DNA of 53,695 bases, filler included, from Sphacelaria rigidula (lineage: Eukaryota): assembly GCA_964200075.2 (NCBI GenBank). It is 5 parts of 5 records of this genome, joined end to end, with 100 filler letters (N's around TTAATTAATTAA, not from the genome) between each part and the next. Parts side by side here need not be neighbours in the genome. Positions count along the whole stretch, not along the records: positions 43,038 to 53,695 come from CAXNAA020006129.1; 4 more parts are not named here. One strand, 5' to 3'. Every line of letters begins with the position of its first letter. Position 1 is the stretch's first letter. The translations under genes and the position numbers were made by a program. Below the pieces are notes generated by a model. That model was given only the letters and a program-made list of their open reading frames with translations, was not told the origin of the DNA and made no database searches. Of this stretch, positions 50,430-53,695 are shown one piece after another.

Positions 50430-52060
50430 CTGGGGTTGGCGGCTGAGCGATGTTTCGGAAAATATCATGTTTGGGTTCGACGTATCACGTGTTCGTACGT
50501 CTAGTCGCTATTGGAATTCTACAACACGCACTTAGCAATATCTGGCGTCGATCGGCAGCACAAGAGTGGTCCTACAGCTGAGAAGAAGGAAGGGGAGGGA
50601 CGGGAGGGCATGAGCGCCGCTTCATCATACGCCGATAAGAATAAACCTAAGCCATGATACGCACATGCCTTCGGTTGTGGCCGAGCAGACCGCAAGGAGC
50701 GATACACCAAGTCGACTCGATTGGCTCCCAAATTTTCCGTGTCAATAATTACGAGGTCAAGCAGCCTAACGTCTTACCGTGCGATCACCCACATCGCAGA
50801 CGAGACTGACAAACATCCAATACGACGTCTGAAGCACAACCACCCGGTTAATTATGACGGCAGTTTGTACAGAGGGCGACCTTGCGCAGTGGATTGAAAA
50901 CTGGTGCTGGGCTTCTCCGTTTCCAGGGTGCAGCATGTACATCGGGTAGATTGCTTTTGATCGACGCTACCACCGGAACCTGTGAATAACGCTGATAAAA
51001 CGACACGAACTGGCTAGATATGCCACGGAACGTTTGATGGTAGCGTGCAGCCAATGTGATAGCGTACACTATAAGCGGAGCTAGTATCTGTGACGGGTAA
51101 TGAGCACCCACCCGTCCAATTCCATATGTTAAGGGTGAACCCTGACGATTGGCCACATCTCCTACAGGGAAGGATTTCTCGTGATTCGGGCGGCGCAAAC
51201 CCATGGTTGAACATAGTCTGTCCTCGCCAATCCCTGAAGCAAATCCTAACCGAAAACCACTGGGTCCGGGCCGTATGGGGCGCAAGTCTCTCAAGGACAC
51301 GGGGGTCGTCGTCGATGAGGCATTTCCCCTGATACTGCTGTAGCTTGATTTATAGAACAACCGCGACCTTGCACGTCGATTATACACAAATGGACTAGGC
51401 ACGGGGGGAACGATGCTGCAAAATTCCTTCCCCCCCCTTTCGTTGAAAGATTCGTGCCCTGGGCAATGTAAGCGCTGGGAGAGCTCAAATTGGCGCCGCA
51501 GGCGCTGTCTCGATCCTGTAAGGAACCGGCGGTGATGATCTACACTAAACCTAACGATGTTTCTTGGATGAATTTACGTCGCCGTGTTCTCGAGAACTCT
51601 AGACACAATGAGCGGTGTTCTTTGTACAAAGGGCTCTTCGTACGACTGTACAAGAGCAACAATCACGTACAGGCAGGACCGCCCAATAAAATTCCTGATT
51701 TTGAGTAAGTTTCCCGATGTATCCCTGTCCATCCGCTCGCAGGTAAACTGTTCTAGGCACTCGATGCTGCTCTGCTAATTCGGCGGAGCGAATGTATGAT
51801 GTTCGCCGCGTGTACGCCGCAGCTCGCACTACTCAAGCCTACGTAACACACCGTTGGCGGCCCTCTTCGAAAACAAACTCTCCTGCAAAAATATTCACTC
51901 ATCAATATCCAATCGCAGAAAGATGCAGCGGGAATGTACATGAAATCATGCAGGTTGAATTCGGAGTCTGAGGGCTGACACCTCCCCCTTTCATCCTTGC
52001 CTTGGCGCTCAGCACACGCGACTGTTCAGACGAAAGGGCTCTCAACGCCTCTCTCGAGCC

Positions 52061-52132
52061 ATGCTCCGTCTCGAAAGGGATGCGTGGTCAATAAGCAACA
52101 AATGAGCACGCCCCCACCCCCCCCCCCCCCCC
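52061..52132 (+). mobile_element. Short LINE 3' terminus with C tail
   Basis: TGCTCCGTCTCGAAAGGGATGCGTGGTCAAT-(deletion)-AAGCAACAAATGAGCACGCCCCCA then a C run. Confidence 0.75.
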
Positions 52133-53129
52133 ATGTTTTAGGGATCGCATTACGTTTTGTTCTAGTCTCTCGATATCATTAGCAGCCATGCGCACGGGTC
52201 GGTACCGGCTGACCGCTGTTCTCAGGGCGCCAGTGCTGTTGCCATTTTGCGTTGGCGTTTCACCACCCGGTATGGGTTAAAGAGGGAGTCATGTTTCAAT
52301 CCAACTGGAACAAGATGGGCACTCAGCTTGGGTACTCTTGAGTGTGACTGTGGGCTCACGGTTTATCACCCCTATCATTTTCCCAATGCTTCCGTGAGAA
52401 TTGGAAAGCGTGGCGCCGAACAGATACTCACAAGCCCATTCGCCCGTTCGCCATCCGCTACCAATCTTATTTGGCGGACAACTTCGCGTTTTTTCAGTAT
52501 GGAGGACTCAATATGTCACCCGTACCCGACACGCAATTCTCACACGACATACCTTCACCAAAAGATAACAGTGGGGGTTTTGCTTGTTCCCGTTTTGGGG
52601 CGAGTGTACTAGTGATTTTGCATACCGTAGTCAGAACGCTATTGACCTCGCATCCCTACAAAGCCGGGACGGAGCACGCCCGGTTTTCGGTGGGACAGGC
52701 TCGCAATCACCAAGCGCGAAGTGCGGTGATGGGTTTAGTGATTCGCGTGGGGATGAGCTGAGTCATGCTACGGTAGGGCTTACACATTCGTGCCCAGATC
52801 CTTCAGTCAAGGGGCTCCGGAAGGAGCTACAAAAGAATATAGATCAGCATACTCCCATTTCAAATCTATTCGGGATATCCCTAGCCCATTGAAATGCTAA
52901 TCGTGGTGTGCTCTCACATATTTCCGAAGTATTTTCCTAACGATTGAAACGTCAAAGCTTCGTATTCGTGCACCCGTACGAAACCACCTTAGCCTGGTCC
53001 GGCGATAACCCGGCATGCTCCATCCCGGCTTTGTAAGGACATACCCCCTCTGGGGTTGGTGTCGGTTGGCAATGACACTGTCAAATACGCCTCTCACTGC
53101 GTAAGCTAGGCAACCAGGTTACCGCTTTT

Positions 53130-53625
53130 CTGGGCACCACCCCCACCTCCCTCACCACTGGTCATCGAAGCAGCGGGCCAGAAGTACGCACAAACCACAA
53201 AGTTCCGATACTTGGGGGTGGGTTCGTCACCGAAGATCGCGAGCTCACGCAAGAGATCAGTAACCGAAGCAGGGCAGCATGGGCGTGCATCAAAACGTTT
53301 GCCCGGGAGCTCTTGCACCGACCGAAAACACCGTGAAGACTCAAGGTCTGACTGCTGAAGGCGGAGACAATGGAGGTTCTGCTGTACGGATGCATGACGT
53401 GGGCCCCGCGCCGTGAGCATCACCGGTTACTGAAGACGGTACACCACTGACTCCTCCTGCGAGTTATCGGGTACCGCCGCGTGGGTGCCACATACCGACA
53501 GCTGTCGCACGCCCAGGCCCCCAACAAGACCGAATGCCAAAGTGCTGAAGCCATCGTCCGGCAATGGCGACTGCTGTTCGCAGGAGCCCGGGCTAGACAA
53601 CTGGCATTTGGAACACTCGTTGGGG
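53130..53625 (+). mobile_element. RTE-clade LINE remnant (post-RT region), degenerate
   Basis: AAGQKYAQTTKFRYLG/GFVTEDRELTQEI..RAAWAC...LKV*LLKAETMEVLLYGCMTW...LLLRVIGYRR...RLLFAG with stops and a frameshift. Confidence 0.85.
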
Positions 53626-53695
53626 GGCGGGGGGGGGGGGGGGGGGACGTGAGGACAGGGGCGGGGGGAAAAAAAGGGGGGACAGGGCCGGAGGG

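Overview
Eukaryotic, intron- and repeat-rich DNA, most likely from a brown alga (inferred from gene families, LINE types, TTAGGG repeats and a signal+AF plastid presequence). It is not one locus: five contigs of 10660, 10659, 10659, 10659 and 10658 bp are joined by 100-bp N linkers containing TTAATTAATTAA. Contig 1 (1-10660): part of a minus-strand multi-exon rotatin-like gene plus a MITE cluster. Contig 2 (10761-21419): mostly repeats (LINE pieces, a 42-bp minisatellite). Contig 3 (21520-32178): 5' part of a MAP3K-type kinase gene, a foldback MITE and a decayed Ty3/Gypsy element with its 5' LTR. Contig 4 (32279-42937): an intronless GCPWD-type ankyrin-repeat gene, a tRNA-derived SINE head and two exons of an organelle-targeted WHEP-domain protein (probably an aminoacyl-tRNA synthetase). 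Contig 5 (43038-53695): a TIR element carrying a telomeric array, a gene with EsV-1-7-like Cys/His repeats and an RTE LINE remnant. The most unusual signals are LINE 3' ends that terminate in poly(C) and the telomere-repeat-carrying TIR element. All homology calls come from recalled family motifs; no searches were run.
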